Shown: in pieces, positions 30,100 through 41,714 of the stretch
How the letters are laid out: every line of letters begins with the position of its first letter
How positions within the stretch are numbered: the first letter of the stretch is position 1
Assembly (NCBI GenBank): GCA_002269645.1
Contig: NIVC01002654.1
Span: 57,371-103,667, forward strand
Reading direction: 5' to 3'
Length of the DNA: 46,297 nucleotides
Source of the DNA: Macrostomum lignano
Lineage: Eukaryota
The notes under the pieces: generated by a model
The model's input: only the letters and a program-made list of their open reading frames with translations
Told to the model about the DNA's origin: nothing
Databases searched by the model: none
Program-made: the position numbers and the translations under genes

Positions 30100-31130
30100 G
30101 CTTAAATTAATGGCCAGTCTAATGACCAGATAAGCGATAATAACGAACTTAATGACCAGATAAGCGACAATGACCAACCCAGTGACCAGATAAGCGACAA
30201 TGACCAACCTAATGACCAGATAAGCGAGAACGACCAACCTAATGACCAGATCAGCGACAATGACCAACCTAATGACCAGATAAGCGATAATAACGAACTT
30301 AATGACCAGATAAGCGACAATGACCAACCCAGTGACCAGATAAGCGACAATGACCAACCTAATGACCAGATAAGCGACAATGACCAACCCAGTGACCAGA
30401 TAAGCGACAATGACCAACCTAATGACCAGATAAGCGAGAACGACCAACCTAATGACCAGATCAGCGACGACCAACCTAATGACCAGATAAGCGATAATAA
30501 CGAACTTAATGACCAGATAAGCGACAATGACCAACCCAGTGACCAGATAAGCGACAATGACCAACCTAATGACCAGATAAGCGAGAATGACCAACCTAAT
30601 GACCAGATAAGCGAGAATGACCAACCTAATGACCAGATAAGCGATAATAACGAACTTAATGACCAGATAAGCGACAATGACCAACCTAATGACCAGATAA
30701 GCGAGAATGACCAACCTAATGACCAGATCAGCGACAATGACCAACCTAATGACCAGATAAGCGATAATAACGAACTTAATGACCAGATAAGCGACAATGA
30801 CCAACCTAATAACCAGATAAGCGACAATGATCAACCTAATAACCAGATAAGCGAGAATGACCAACCTAATGACCAGATAGGCGACAATGACCAACCTAAT
30901 GACCAGATAAGCGACAATGACCAACCTAATCACCAAATAAGCGAGAATGACCAACCTAATGACCAGATAGGCGACAATGACCAACTTAATGACCAAATAA
31001 GCGACAATGACCAACCTAATGACCAGATAAGCGACAATGACCCATATATTAATCAGATAAGCGACAATGACCCATTTATTGATCAGATTAAAAACGATGA
31101 CCGATTTACTAACCAGGTAAGCGACGATGA
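30100..31130. repeat. Minisatellite, 30-bp unit (GACCAACCTAATGACCAGATAAGCGACAAT), about 34 copies. About 83% similar to the 27900-29030 unit, same orientation.
   Basis: Tandem periodicity. Confidence 0.95.
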
Positions 31131-31309
31131 CTAATTTAATGACCAGATATGAGCGAATGCCTCATCTAATGATTAACCGTCAGTGATATATCTAATGACG
31201 CTATCGAAGCAGCACTATGACCAATCTAATTACTAGATTTGAGACAATGACAAATTAAAGGACTATTAAACACAATGACCGCTTCGATGACTGAAAATTA
31301 GCAGCTCAC

Positions 31310-31570
31310 CTCCCAGTTTGAGTCCGGCAGCTTCGCGGCCAACGTAGACATCTTTCTGGCCCATGCCGACCATGACGCCCTGGTGACGAGGCCGGCCAAC
31401 CACGGTAGGGACGCTGGCCAAGAGGTTGGACCGGTTCGACATCACGGCAGCTTTGGTTAGAAGCGAGCCGGAGTCCAACACCAGAGCCGGTTCGTCATTC
31501 CAGGAGTCTTCGTCCCGGTCATTGTCATCGTCAGATGATTCAGCAGAAGCTGCTGCCAGGAGAGGCATAT
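31310..31570 (-). CDS. Actin-derived exon, phase 1-1: an acidic leader plus [59 protein letters not shown] (actin residues about 8-66, including phosphate-1 loop and D-loop).
   Basis: ORF 31266..31568. Acceptor atgatctgcag|AT and donor GGAG|GTGAGC. A 17-residue stretch, [17 protein letters not shown], is identical to conventional actin. Confidence 0.55.
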
Positions 31571-31619
31571 CTGCAGATCATATTGTAAGCTCTTACCGGT
31601 TATATTTGACATTTGACTC

Positions 31620-32530
31620 GCTTGACCGGGGAAGGAGACAGCAGACACAACAGAATTGGAGACAGCAGACACAACAGGATTGGAGACGGCAGACACAAGA
31701 TGATTGGAGACAGCAGACACAATAGGATTGGAGACAGCAGACACAACAGGATTGAAGACGGCAGACACAATAGGATTGGAGACAGCAGACACAACAGGAT
31801 TGGAGACAGCAGACACAATAGGATTGGAGACAGCAGACACAACAACATTAGAGACAGCAGACACAACAACATTAGAGACAGCAGACACAACAAGATTGGA
31901 GACAGCAGACACAACAACATTGGAGACAGCAGACACAACAAGATTGGAGACAGCAGACACAACAGGATTGGAGACAGCAGACACAACAGGATTGGAGACA
32001 GCAGATACAACAAGATTGGAGACAGCAGACACAACAACATTGGAGACAGCAGACACAACGGGATTGGACACAGCAGACACAACAACATTGGAGACAGCAG
32101 ACACAACAACATTGGAGACAGCAGACACAACAGGATTGGAGACAGCAGACAACAGGATTGGAGACAGCAGACACAACAAGATTGGAGACAGCAGACACAA
32201 CAGGATTGGAGACAGCAGACACAACAGCTTTGGAGACAGCAGACACAATAGGATTGGAGACAGCAGACACAACGGGATTGGAGACAGCAGACACAACAAC
32301 ATTGGAGACAGCAGACACAACAGGATTGGAGACAGCAGACACAACAGGATTGGAGACAGCAGACACAACAAGATTGGAGACAGCAGACACAACAAGATTG
32401 GAGACAGCAGACACAACAAGATTGGAGACAGCAGACACAACAGGATTGGAGACAGCAGACAACAGATTGGAGACAGCAGACACAACAGGATTGGAGACAG
32501 CAGACACAACAGCATTGGAGACGGCAGACA
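31620..32530. repeat. Minisatellite, 24-bp unit (CAACAGGATTGGAGACAGCAGACA), about 38 copies. Inverted orientation relative to the 29030-29460 array.
   Basis: Tandem periodicity. Its reverse complement equals the 29030-29460 unit. Confidence 0.95.
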
Positions 32531-32585
32531 CAATAGGAACAGGTAGCAGATTTAAGCTCAAAGGTTTCCTTCAAATTTTTCTCAC

Positions 32586-32906
32586 GTTTTATTTTTCGCC
32601 GTTTCATTTTTTTAGCAGCCTCGGTTGGTTTGACAGCTTTTTCGGCCTCTGGTGAAGGGCCACGTCCGCCGCGTAGACGCATCACCAGGTGAACGGTGCA
32701 GCCCGGCGTCAGCCCTGCACTGGCAACAGTCCAGTCTGATTCCAGCTGCTTTCCGTCAGCAACTAAACGAATCTGATCCACTGGGATGCGCTGCCGTTCG
32801 CTTATTGCCTCCTTGAGCTCAAGAATATTTTGATTGGGCGTAAGGCTAACTGTGAACTCTTCGCTAGTGAGCGTTCTCACTTTGACGGTGAATTTAGATG
32901 GAAGAG
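32586..32906 (-). CDS. Ubiquitin-like domain exon (KFTVKVRTLTSEEFTVSLTPNQNILELKEAISERQRIPVDQIRLVADGKQLESDWTVASAGLTPGCTVHLVMRLRGG plus a basic KKMKRRKIK tail), phase 1-1. Spliced downstream of the PARP4-like C-terminal exons.
   Basis: ORF 31600..32880 extended upstream to acceptor cattccgcag|CT (about 32906), matching the phase-1 donor of the exon at 32998-33199. Beta-grasp pattern and C-terminal RLRGG. Candidate donor AAAC|GTGAGA at about 32586. Confidence 0.6.
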
Positions 32907-32997
32907 CTGCGGAATGAACAGGCTATTTCTGTACAATTTTTTGTCTAAATAAAAAATCTAACAAGCAATAACATCGAAAAAAAAATCTCAGACTCAC

Positions 32998-33199
32998 ATT
33001 TAGCATCAGCTTGCCGCATTTGTGCGGCTTTCCGATTCTGTTTAACAGACAGCACCACCGGGTGCTTGTCGTGAACGCCGGCCAAAAGCAGCGAAGCTTC
33101 CAGATCGTCAAACAGCCGAAGAGCTTCTTCGCTCTTTCCGGTGTTTGACAACTCCTGACCATCAATGATACCGTCGGCAATTTGCGCGAGAATTTCCGC
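32998..33199 (-). CDS. PARP4: PARP4-like exon 15 (AEILAQIADGIIDGQELSNTGKSEEALRLFDDLEASLLLAGVHDKHPVVLSVKQNRKAAQMRQADAK).
   Basis: Acceptor ttttttag|GCG and donor AAAT|GTGAGT. Phase 0-1. Confidence 0.6.
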
Positions 33200-33367
33200 C
33201 TAAAAAATTTAGACGAGTCATTATGAGAGTAACTATCCATATTGAGTTCTTTTTAATTCTGCGTCATTATAAAGTTTACTTTACGAGAAGGAAAAATGCC
33301 TCGTCAACTCCTTCCTTATAAAGAGGTAAAAAATTGGGACAAATGCCTCGTCATCTAACAAACTCAC

Positions 33368-33484
33368 AAGCCCGTCGCCAGCCTCCTTGATCGGTTCCCA
33401 GCCCTGTGTGGCTAAGATATCAACCTTCTCGTCGTCTAGCAAAGTTTGCAATCGGCCAGTCATGTCCGATTCAAATTTTTCGTC
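33368..33484 (-). CDS. PARP4: PARP4-like exon 14 (DEKFESDMTGRLQTLLDDEKVDILATQGWEPIKEAGDGL; compare human ...EDVDFLPYMSWQGEP...).
   Basis: Acceptor tttctgacag|GAC and donor CTT|GTGAGT. Confidence 0.65.
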
Positions 33485-33603
33485 CTGTCAGAAATAGATA
33501 GCATTTACAATTAGTATATAACAATACCGGTCAGACAAACCTTAGAGATTTAGTATATTGTGAAAGTGTGCTACTATATCATAAGGATAACGATTTCATC
33601 TAC

Positions 33604-33705
33604 CTTTTCACGATCCTCAACCGCTACGAAGCTGGTAAATTGGCAAGCCACTGAGTAGCGAATCGATAATTGAACCAGGTTGGCCTTCTGCTCCAGTCGC
33701 TTCAG
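33604..33705 (-). CDS. PARP4: PARP4-like exon 13 (LKRLEQKANLVQLSIRYSVACQFTSFVAVEDREK; compare human LKSLIIKLSKENSLITQFTSFVAVEKRDE).
   Basis: Acceptor tttacag|CTG and donor AAG|GTAGAT. Phase 0-0. Confidence 0.7.
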
Positions 33706-34060
33706 CTGTAAATTTGATTGGGTTTGCTAATTTGTCACCTTTGAAATCTCAAATGAGTATACCTATTTTTATAGCTCTCTACCAATACGTTTATTGTGAA
33801 CCTAATACGAGAATAACTTCAGTGGTGAACGCATCTGACTTTCGCACCAAAGACCCCAGGTTCGATTATGTGCGCGACCGCACATCACGCCAACAACACA
33901 AGAGCCAACCACGGGGGTCAGAACTGCTTGGCTCTTTAAATGACTGCATGTCGCCATGAGTTGCGACAGTTTCTCAAGTCAGAACTTCATTTATATTAAA
34001 TCATCTTTTCTTAGAAACTCTCCGATTTAACTCTACCGACTTTTCCGACTTTTTAGTTAC

Positions 34061-34757
34061 CTGATGCAGAGCCGGATCGGTATCCAAGCTGCCAGCCTCC
34101 CAGTCGGCAATGAGGCTCCTAGCAGCCAGGGCGTGCACCATGGAGCCGGTGGTAAAGCATAGCTCGCTAGTGAACACCGTGCAGCTGACTCGACAGTCGC
34201 CAGCTTTGGCATGCAGTGTCGCTCGTTGACATCCGCGACCTTCGCGCGGCATCAAGCCATAGACAATCAAGCGCTGACCGTTGAACAGAGCCGACGGACA
34301 AGCAGGCGCTTGGCGCACTACAGACAACTCCTGACTGTCACTGTTGTCATCATCGTCGTCAAGATGCCACTCAACGCTGAGCTCGGTAAGCGCCGGCGCG
34401 GTGAGCCGAGCAATCAGCTCGTCGGCCAATGCAGACCATTTTGAACGTCTGGCCGGGTCGAAAAATTCCACGGAACCGCCGGAACCGGCAGCTCCGGCCA
34501 GCGATCGGAGCCGGTGCCGGTCTGGCGAGGGTCCAACCGAGCAGGCCAGCAAACGCAGGTGCTTGTTAGCACCTGAAGCGGCGACAGCCAGTGTAGCCTC
34601 TTTCGCTTCGTAGTGTCCGTCAGAAATCAGCAGCACCGCGTGCGGTCCGAATTCGCGCAGTTGAGCCAGGTAAGCCAGGTAATTAGAAAGATTTGTGCCA
34701 CCCATATTGGGTTTTGAGGCTCGGATGAATTCTAGACAGCGATTCTGGACGCTTTTC
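34061..34757 (-). CDS. PARP4: PARP4-like exon 12: second half of the VWA domain plus the post-VWA region (GGTNLSNYL...LLISDGH...FNGQRLIVYGLM...HALAARSLIADWEAG).
   Basis: ORF 34001..34705. Acceptor ttttccag|G at about 34757 and donor CAG|GTAACT at about 34061. Strong similarity to human PARP4/VWA5A. Confidence 0.8.
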
Positions 34758-35294
34758 CTGGAAAATTTATAACTCGTGAAGTCAGCAAATGGAATTTTTG
34801 CAGTTTAAAAGACACCAAGAACGAAAATTTAAATGCACCTTTTTAATAGATGCAGTGAACACTATATTAACGAAAAATGGTCCTTTTAGAAAAAATGCTA
34901 TATGCTATTTAAAAATGGTACGCTTGAATGTTAAACTCGGAGTTTACAACATTTGACCGCCGACCCAATAGCCCAGACCCTAATCTGAATTGTCGGCAGT
35001 CAGGATTGTCTTTTTACCACATATTTAAAGAAATCTAGTTACTTTATAGCGCAAATTTAAAATGAATTTTATCAGATATCAAGAGTCTTTACTGTTTACT
35101 CTTTATGTACTCTTTAACGTATTGTACTTCCTGCTTTCAAAGCAAACAGAGATCGGTCTTAATGATTGTGGGAAGTATAGTTTCAAATGTCGGTTTTTCG
35201 TTTACAAAATACAAGGTCAAAACACAATATTTTTAGATTTATCAAAGAAAGTTGCTTCCAAGACAGAAACTATAGTGTAAAAAAGGAGTGAAAG

Positions 35295-35490
35295 AGGGGG
35301 GGGGCGTAGCCCAGTGGTCTAACGCAGCGGTCTGATGTGTCAGCGGCCCATGCTCGAGTTCAAGTGCAGTCACATTTATTTTAGGGCTCAATTGAAATCT
35401 CGGCTTGGCTCTGCTCGTGCAATTAACGCCCTTGAGGCCCAACCCCCGAAGCACAGTGAACTTACATGCCTAACGATAAATAAAGATAAT
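35295..35490 (+). mobile_element. tRNA-derived SINE copy 2 (about 195 bp, 3'-truncated relative to copy 1). It is intronic and abuts the exon-11 splice donor.
   Basis: A G9 run, then GCGTAGCCCAGTGGTCTAACGCAGCGG...GCTCGAGTTCAAGTGCAG, then a body shared with copy 1. Confidence 0.65.
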
Positions 35491-35496
35491 TCTCAC

Positions 35497-35891
35497 CTGC
35501 CGACCGGCTGTGGCAGCGCAAAGCAATCCTCGAACTGCGATCCGAACCGAGCCACGTTGACTCGAGTCCGCGCCGGCAGATGCCGCAACAGCAGCGCCGC
35601 CAGCCGCCTGGCGTCCACGCTTGGCTCGCCAGCCATTGAGCGGCTGCAATCTAACGCCAGGGTGACAACTCCGGAGCAATCCGAGGACGCTGACGATTCG
35701 AACTCTGGGTAGAAGCACACCATCAGAGCGTCGGGACCGCTGGATTGCAGCGAGTCGTCGGGCCGTTCGACCCACAGTCGGGGCGCGTTTATCTCGGCTA
35801 GGGACACCTCGAGGCGGAAGCCAAGCTCGCCGAGAGTCTGCTGTTGGCCCGGTGCCAGGCGAACAACCGAACAGGTCTCCGTGCGCTTCAC
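35497..35891 (-). CDS. PARP4: PARP4-like exon 11: end of VIT plus the start of VWA (VVTLALDCSRSMAG MIDAS motif).
   Basis: ORF 35493..35891. Acceptor tgcaaacag|GTG and donor GGCAG|GTGAGA (phase 2). Confidence 0.8.
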
Positions 35892-36039
35892 CTGTTTGCA
35901 GCATTCAGAAACTCACAGTTCTAGTTGCGCTAGAGCTCAGTTATTTAAACTTATACTAGTAGCATTCATATTGATTTTTAGTTACTTTTTCCAACACCTC
36001 TACCAACTAACGACAACAAAAATGAATCTCCCTGTCCCC

Positions 36040-36620
36040 CACTCTCTCCCTATCCCTCCCCCACTCTCTCCCTATCCTTCCCCCACTCTCTCCCTATCCT
36101 TCCCCCACTCTCTCCCTATCCCCCCCCACTCTCTCCCTATCCCTCCCCCACTCTCTCCCTATCCCTCCCCACTCTCTCCCTATCCTTCCCCCACTCTCTC
36201 CCTATCCCTCCCCCACTCTCTCCCTATCCTTCCCCCACTCTCTCCCTATCCCTCCCCACTCTCTCCCTATCCTTCCTCCACTCTCTCACCATCCCTCCCC
36301 ACTCTCTCCCTATCCTTCCCCACTCTCTCCCTATCCCTCTCCCACTCTCTCCCTATCCCTCTCCCACTCTCTCCCTATCCCTCTCCCACTCTCTCCCTAT
36401 CCCTCCCCACTCTCTCCCTATCCCTCTCTCTCCCTATCCCTCTCCCACTCTCATCCCTCTCCCACTCTCTCCCTATCCCTCCCCACTCTCATCCCCTCTC
36501 TCTCCCTATCCTTATCTACTCTCATCCCTCTCCTCCCTATTTTCAGCACTCTCACCCCTCTCTTCTCCTATCCCTCCCCCACAATCATCCCTTTCTCCCT
36601 GTCCATCACCCTCTCACCCC
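36040..36620. repeat. CT-rich minisatellite, about 21-22-bp unit (CTCTCCCTATCCCTCCCCCACT). Intronic. A further CT-rich low-complexity block lies at 37330-37480.
   Basis: Tandem periodicity. Confidence 0.9.
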
Positions 36621-36731
36621 TCTAACTCCGCATCCATCACCCTCTCACCCGCCCTGTGCTTCTCGCTCTTTTTTGCTAACAACTTTTTGCGCAGATTTGT
36701 AAAAAGCACCTGAAAAGTTTAAAATTTAAAC

Positions 36732-37235
36732 CTGAATCTCATGCGTTGGTGATATTAATCCCCTGATAGGATATGGCATCCTCAGACCGGCCTCCAGACT
36801 GAAAGCTCCAACTGGTCGTCTCACGGCGGCCGTGTCTGTCACCTGCTGCAGGCTGTCATCAGCCGCTGAGGCCGTCTGCCAGGGCGCCGCGCTGCCGGGC
36901 AAGCCGAAGATCACCGCCTCGCCGCTTGGCTTCAACTCGCAGACGTAGCGAATTTTAATCAAAGCCGCCGTCCTTGCCGGCAGGTTGCCAATGGAAACGG
37001 TGAACACGTCGGGACTTTCGGCGGCCTGCTCCATCAGGTAGGCGCCTTTGCCGGCTGACACGGCTTCGCGATACTCGCGCCTGGCTTTCTCCTTCTCCTT
37101 GACAACTCCGACTACTCGTTTGGCGCCGATGTAGGCTTCGAAACCGCACACCGCGGCGCCTTCGCTCAGGGGAAACACGTAGCGAGCCTCCACAGGTGAG
37201 CTGCCAGTGTTGAAGAACTCTTGGAGCAGGACCAC
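36732..37235 (-). CDS. PARP4: PARP4-like exon 10: VIT domain (ARYVFPLSEGAAVCGFEAYIGAKRVVGVVKEKEKARREYREAV...DVFTVSIGNLPARTAALIKIRYVCEL).
   Basis: ORF 36726..37277. Acceptor ccgcccag|GTG and donor CAG|GTTTAA. Near-colinear with the human PARP4 VIT domain. Confidence 0.8.
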
Positions 37236-37717
37236 CTGGGCGGTTGCAGAGAGAGGGAGGGGTGCAGGGGTCCGCAAACTCCGGCCCGCAAAGCCTCTCT
37301 ATCCGGCCCTCGGTTCTTTGAAACTTCACAATAGCAATCCAACCCGATCAAGGTTTGAGTCTCTTCTCAGGTCTCTCTCTCCCCCCTCTTCTACCTTTTC
37401 TCTTCTCTCCGCTCCGCTTCTCTCTACTCATCTCCCTTCTCTTCTCGTTCGTCTTCCCTCTCCTTGTTCCCTTCAATTCTATCATATCATCTGACCTGCA
37501 GTAATGATCAAAACTCTTCATCTGGCGATTAGAAACTGAGGGCCGATGTACACCTGTGTGAGCCTGCGTACAGTATCCGCAGGAGTCAGGGGCGATGGCT
37601 GCAGGCCAGTGTCACCGATTGCGTTGGATAATTGTTTATTATTCCTCAATGTTGCCACAACCTTTTCTACACTTATTATCCAACTGTCAAAACTGTGGCT
37701 AAAATATTTTTTATTCT

Positions 37718-38318
37718 TACCTGAGCCACCAAGTCCACCAGGTTGGCGCGCACGTGCACCGAACGCAACGGCATTGGAGGTCCGCCCGAGTCGCTTAGCA
37801 ACCCAAACTTTTGATCCGCAATTCGAATATTCAACTCCAGATCGGTCAAATCCTCCACCTCGTCGTCTGATTCTTCATCATCAGGGATGCTGCACTGTTC
37901 CATCGTTGCCAGATTATCCATAGGCCGATCGCCGTCCAAATAGAACTCCACAATGTACTCGAGCTTCTGCTGGGCCGAATCAAACACTGCGAACTCGCGA
38001 TCGCTGAAGCCATTGTCATCATCAGCGTTGTTGGCTCCCGTCGAGATTGGAATCGACTCGACGCTCTGACAGTCAGCGGAGGTTGGTGAGCAGGCGGCGG
38101 CAGGCAGCGGCTGAGACACCCGCTGCACCCGGCCCAGGGCGACCGAGCACACCAGAGCCACGCGGCAGCCCAGGCCGGAGCCGTCGGCGCGGGGAGGCTC
38201 CGAATATTTGGCGGCCACCTCGATGTTGTCGGCGAAGTAGATCCCGCGGCCGAGCTTGCCTGCGTGTCGGCGGTGCAGCAGCTGCTGGCCGGCTGGCAGG
38301 CGAGGCGGCAGGAGGCCT
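37718..38318 (-). CDS. PARP4: PARP4-like exon 9: second half of the PARP catalytic domain (GRGIYFAD...EFAVFDSAQQKLEYIVEF) plus the start of VIT.
   Basis: ORF 37676..38335. Acceptor cctcgcag|A completes AGA with the AG left by exon 8. Donor CAG|GTAAGA. Confidence 0.8.
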
Positions 38319-38399
38319 CTGCGAGGGGTTATCATTCAGGATTTTAGGGACTCAAGACGGAGTTTGGTAGAGAGCTAAAAGCGCTGTACAAGAGCGCTA

Positions 38400-38465
38400 A
38401 GATAGACAGACAGACACACAGACACACAGACAGACACACACAGACAAACAGACAGACAGACACAC

Positions 38466-38554
<89 letters not shown>

Positions 38555-38575
38555 TAGACAGACAGACAGACAGAC

Positions 38576-38672
<97 letters not shown>

Positions 38673-38683
38673 CTAAGACACTA

Positions 38684-38724
<41 letters not shown>

Positions 38725-38735
38725 CTAAGACACTA

Positions 38736-38776
<41 letters not shown>

Positions 38777-38851
38777 CTCTGACAGACAGACAGACACACA
38801 GACAGACAGACACACACACAGACAGACAGACAGACAGGCAGACAGACAGGC

Positions 38852-38919
<68 letters not shown>

Positions 38920-38930
38920 TGACTGACAGA
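38400..38930. repeat. (GACA)n microsatellite with CACA/TAGACA variants, in the intron between PARP4-like exons 8 and 9.
   Basis: Direct observation. Same motif and orientation as 20790-21640. Confidence 0.95.
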
Positions 38931-39013
38931 CAGAATCCCAACACTGTTGTGAATGCAGGGGAGCGCTTCAAACTATCTATTACTACAAGCAGTACCGCCA
39001 GGCGCCATCTCAC

Positions 39014-39303
39014 CTAGACAAAATGCCCACCAGATTCCTGCCAGACGAGCCATGAAACAGCAGCCGCACGTTTCCCAAATCTCGTCGAAAAACGGCGGCC
39101 TCTTCGCGTCGACCGACGGAGAAAATCCGGCGAACATTGGCGCCGGAGCCGATGCTGGATTCGTCGATTAATCGACGAACGACGGCCTCCTCGTCTGGGT
39201 CGGCCCGCTGGACAAATGCTTTGAGTGCGCGGCGCTTCACCGAGGCTGGGGGTGACGGGCGCCAATTCGAGGCCTCCGTCACAGATAGAAGGTCGCGCAT
39301 CAG
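39014..39303 (-). CDS. PARP4: PARP4-like exon 8: PARP catalytic H-G-S region ([38 protein letters not shown]).
   Basis: ORF 39010..39342. Acceptor ctttctcccag|CTG and donor AG|GTGAGA. Aligns with human VFRVGRVNETTEFLSKLGNVRPLLHGSPVQNIVGILCRGL. Confidence 0.8.
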
Positions 39304-39339
39304 CTGGGAGAAAGTCGATTGATTGATCGGGGATTCACT

Positions 39340-39770
39340 CATTAGTTGATTGGTTGAATGACTGACTGTCTGACTGATTGAATGTTGATTGATTGATTGA
39401 TTGATTGATTGACTGATTGAATGTTGATTGATTGATTGATTGATTGACTGATTGAATGTTGATTGATTGATTGATGGATTGACTGATTGAATGTTGATTG
39501 ATTGATTGATTGATTGACTGATTGAATGTTGATTGATTGATTGATGGATTGACTGATTGAATGTTGATTGATTGATTGATGGATTGACTGATTGAATGTT
39601 GATTGATTGATTGATTGACTAACTTATTGAATGTTGATTGACTGATTGACTGTTTGAATGTTGATTGATTGATGGATTGATTGACTTATTGTTGATTGTT
39701 TGACTGATTACTTGATTGACTGATTGATATTAACGGTTTGATTGATTGATTGATTGATTGGTTTATTTCT
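39340..39770. repeat. GATT/GACT-rich degenerate microsatellite with about 58-bp higher-order periodicity.
   Basis: Tandem periodicity. Confidence 0.85.
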
Positions 39771-40195
39771 TGATTAACAGGTGCCAGTATTATTATGTAG
39801 CCATTAGCGAATATACATGTAGAAGGGATATGTATTGGTTTAAAAGTGATAAAAACCAAAGGCTAGAAGACTGGTTTTTACCATTTTTATTGTTTTTTTC
39901 TTTACTTTGCATTAGACACTTGAATACTACAATTCTAACTCTTTATAGATGCCATAAAATCATAAAAGCTCGATGCTTCATACTAAATAATAAGTAAGTA
40001 GCTTATTATATTCTTTTCTTACAGCAGGGCACCTAAATGCACAAATCAGAGTGATTAGTGTACATAGTTTAGGTGCACAGAGTATCCTTTTAATAAAAAT
40101 ACAAATCAATTAAACTGATATACAATTATTCTTAGGCGATCATACTGCACTACTGTCAGTAAGCGAATATGGAAATAGATAATAAAATCGCCTAC

Positions 40196-40369
40196 CAAGC
40201 AGACATCTGCGGCCAATCCGAATTTATAAGCCGAGTCCAGGCACCCGCCGCCACCGCTGCCGCATTTCAAAGCCGATTGAAACTGCTGGCAGAGCGAGTG
40301 CGAGTGATAATCCGGCTTGCCTGCGCTCTGCTGCTGGTACTGCATCAGGACGCCTTCGGCTAGGTCCAC
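40196..40369 (-). CDS. PARP4: PARP4-like exon 7 (PARP helical/regulatory domain: VDLAEGVLMQ...FGLAADVCL).
   Basis: ORF 40106..40402. Acceptor cacccgacag|GTG and donor TTG|GTAGGC. The junction ADVCL|LMRDLLSV aligns to human ADLCQLIRDMVNV. Confidence 0.65.
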
Positions 40370-40429
40370 CTGTCGGGTGTGTTGCAGTTTTATTCGCCAC
40401 ATATAACTTTTTTATACTTATAAGCCACT

Positions 40430-40560
40430 CTCTTCAGCACTCGACTAAAGCGTGCAACCCTCTCCAAGTATTTAACTAAAGCGTGCAACCCTCTCCAAGT
40501 ATTTAACTAAAGCGTGCAACCCTCTCCAACACTTAATTAAAGCGTGCAACCCTCTGCAGT
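40430..40560. repeat. About 37-bp tandem repeat, 4 copies (TAACTAAAGCGTGCAACCCTCTCCAAGTATT).
   Basis: Direct observation. Confidence 0.85.
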
Positions 40561-40645
40561 ACTTGGTCTAATGCACGCAAGCGTACTAAGCCCACACAAA
40601 TAATGTACAGATTTATTTAAAAAGTACACAAAAAACTTTGCTTAC

Positions 40646-40816
40646 ATCGTCAATGGTGCAGCTCCGGCTCTGCATCAGGTGGCCCAGCCAACCCTTGCCA
40701 CCCGCGCCTATGCTTTGAGAGGCTTGGCCCAGGAATTCCAGAGCCTCCTGCCAGCAGGCCTCAACGAACTGGTCTTCGCCGGAGTTCAACAGGCTGGGAG
40801 CAACTTGAGTCAGCGC
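40646..40816 (-). CDS. PARP4: PARP4-like exon 6 (ALTQVAPSLLNSGEDQFVEACWQEALEFLGQ...; compare human IWAEALGHLEH).
   Basis: Acceptor ccaacactcgcag|GCG and donor GAT|GTAAGC. 171 nt, phase 0-0. Confidence 0.6.
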
Positions 40817-40919
40817 CTGCGAGTGTTGGCCGGTATGGGATCGGGTATTGTGAGGAGTTTTTGCCTCACTGATGTCTCACTGCTCTCTCCACACACTGGC
40901 ATCTGTCCGCATTTCACAC

Positions 40920-41440
40920 ACTACATGCTGCAGTCTTCCCACATGCTGCAGTCTCCCCACCCGTTGCAGTCTTCCCACCCGTTGCAGTCTTCCCACACGC
41001 TGAGGTCTCCCCACACGCTGAGGTCTCCCTACACGCTGCAGTCTCCCCACCGGTTGCAGTCTTCCCACACGCTGCAGTCTTCCCACACGCTGCAGTCTCC
41101 CCACCCGTTGCAGTCTTCCCACACGCTGAGGTCTCCCCACACACTGAGATCTCCCAACACACTGCAGTCTCCCCACACACTGAGGTCTCCCCACACGCTG
41201 ACGTCTCCCCACACGCTGCAGTCTCCCCACCCGTTGCAGTCTTCCCACCCGCTGCAGTCTTCCCACACGCTGCAGTCTCCCCACACGCTGAGGTCTCCCC
41301 ACACACTGAGATCTCCAAACACACTGAGATCTCCCAACACACTGAGATCTCCCAACACACTGCAGTCTCCCCACACGCTGAGGTCTCCCCACCTGTTGCA
41401 GTCTCCCCACACGCTGGAGTCTGTCTACATGCTGCAGTCT
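40920..41440. repeat. Minisatellite, 18-bp unit (CACGCTGCAGTCTCCCCA), about 29 copies. Intronic.
   Basis: Tandem periodicity. Long ORFs on both strands are artefacts. Confidence 0.95.
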
Positions 41441-41510
41441 TCATACAGAAGTCCCACCGCACCACATCGTGGGTTCCCACGCCCAAGCCCCATCCCATAC
41501 GCTAACTAAC

Positions 41511-41714
41511 CTCTCTAAGCTGGTTCGAGCAGGATCGGAACAGCGAAACTGGCAGGTCTCGGACGCGACTCAGCGGACACCATTTAGTCGAAGCAGGAGC
41601 TGAAGTCGTCGGCCCCAGACTGCCGCCGCTACCGTACGAATCGGACAGATGAGCCAGCACATTCAGCGCGTTGGGAGCGTCCGGTATCACCCGCATGGAC
41701 ACGGGAACAAAGAC
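41511..41714 (-). CDS. PARP4: PARP4-like exon 5 (VFVPVSMRVIPDAPNALNVLAHLSDSYGSGGSLGPTTS...).
   Basis: ORF 41502..41780. Acceptor tatctcgcag|GTC and donor GAG|GTTAGT. Confidence 0.55.

Noticed and set aside
31600-32585. The UBL-exon ORF reads on through the whole 24-bp array as a Cys-rich CCVCCLQS x38 repeat.
   Set aside because: An open frame is expected trivially for a 24-bp unit. A good donor (AAAC|GTGAGA) precedes the array. A Cys-repeat protein remains possible, so it is kept only as an open question.
35295-35370. Possible tRNA gene (GCGTAGCCCAGTGGTCTAACGCAGCGG...GCTCGAGTTCAAG).
   Set aside because: It cannot be folded into a clean 7-bp acceptor and anticodon-stem cloverleaf. It continues into a body shared with another dispersed copy, so it is a SINE head, not a tRNA gene.
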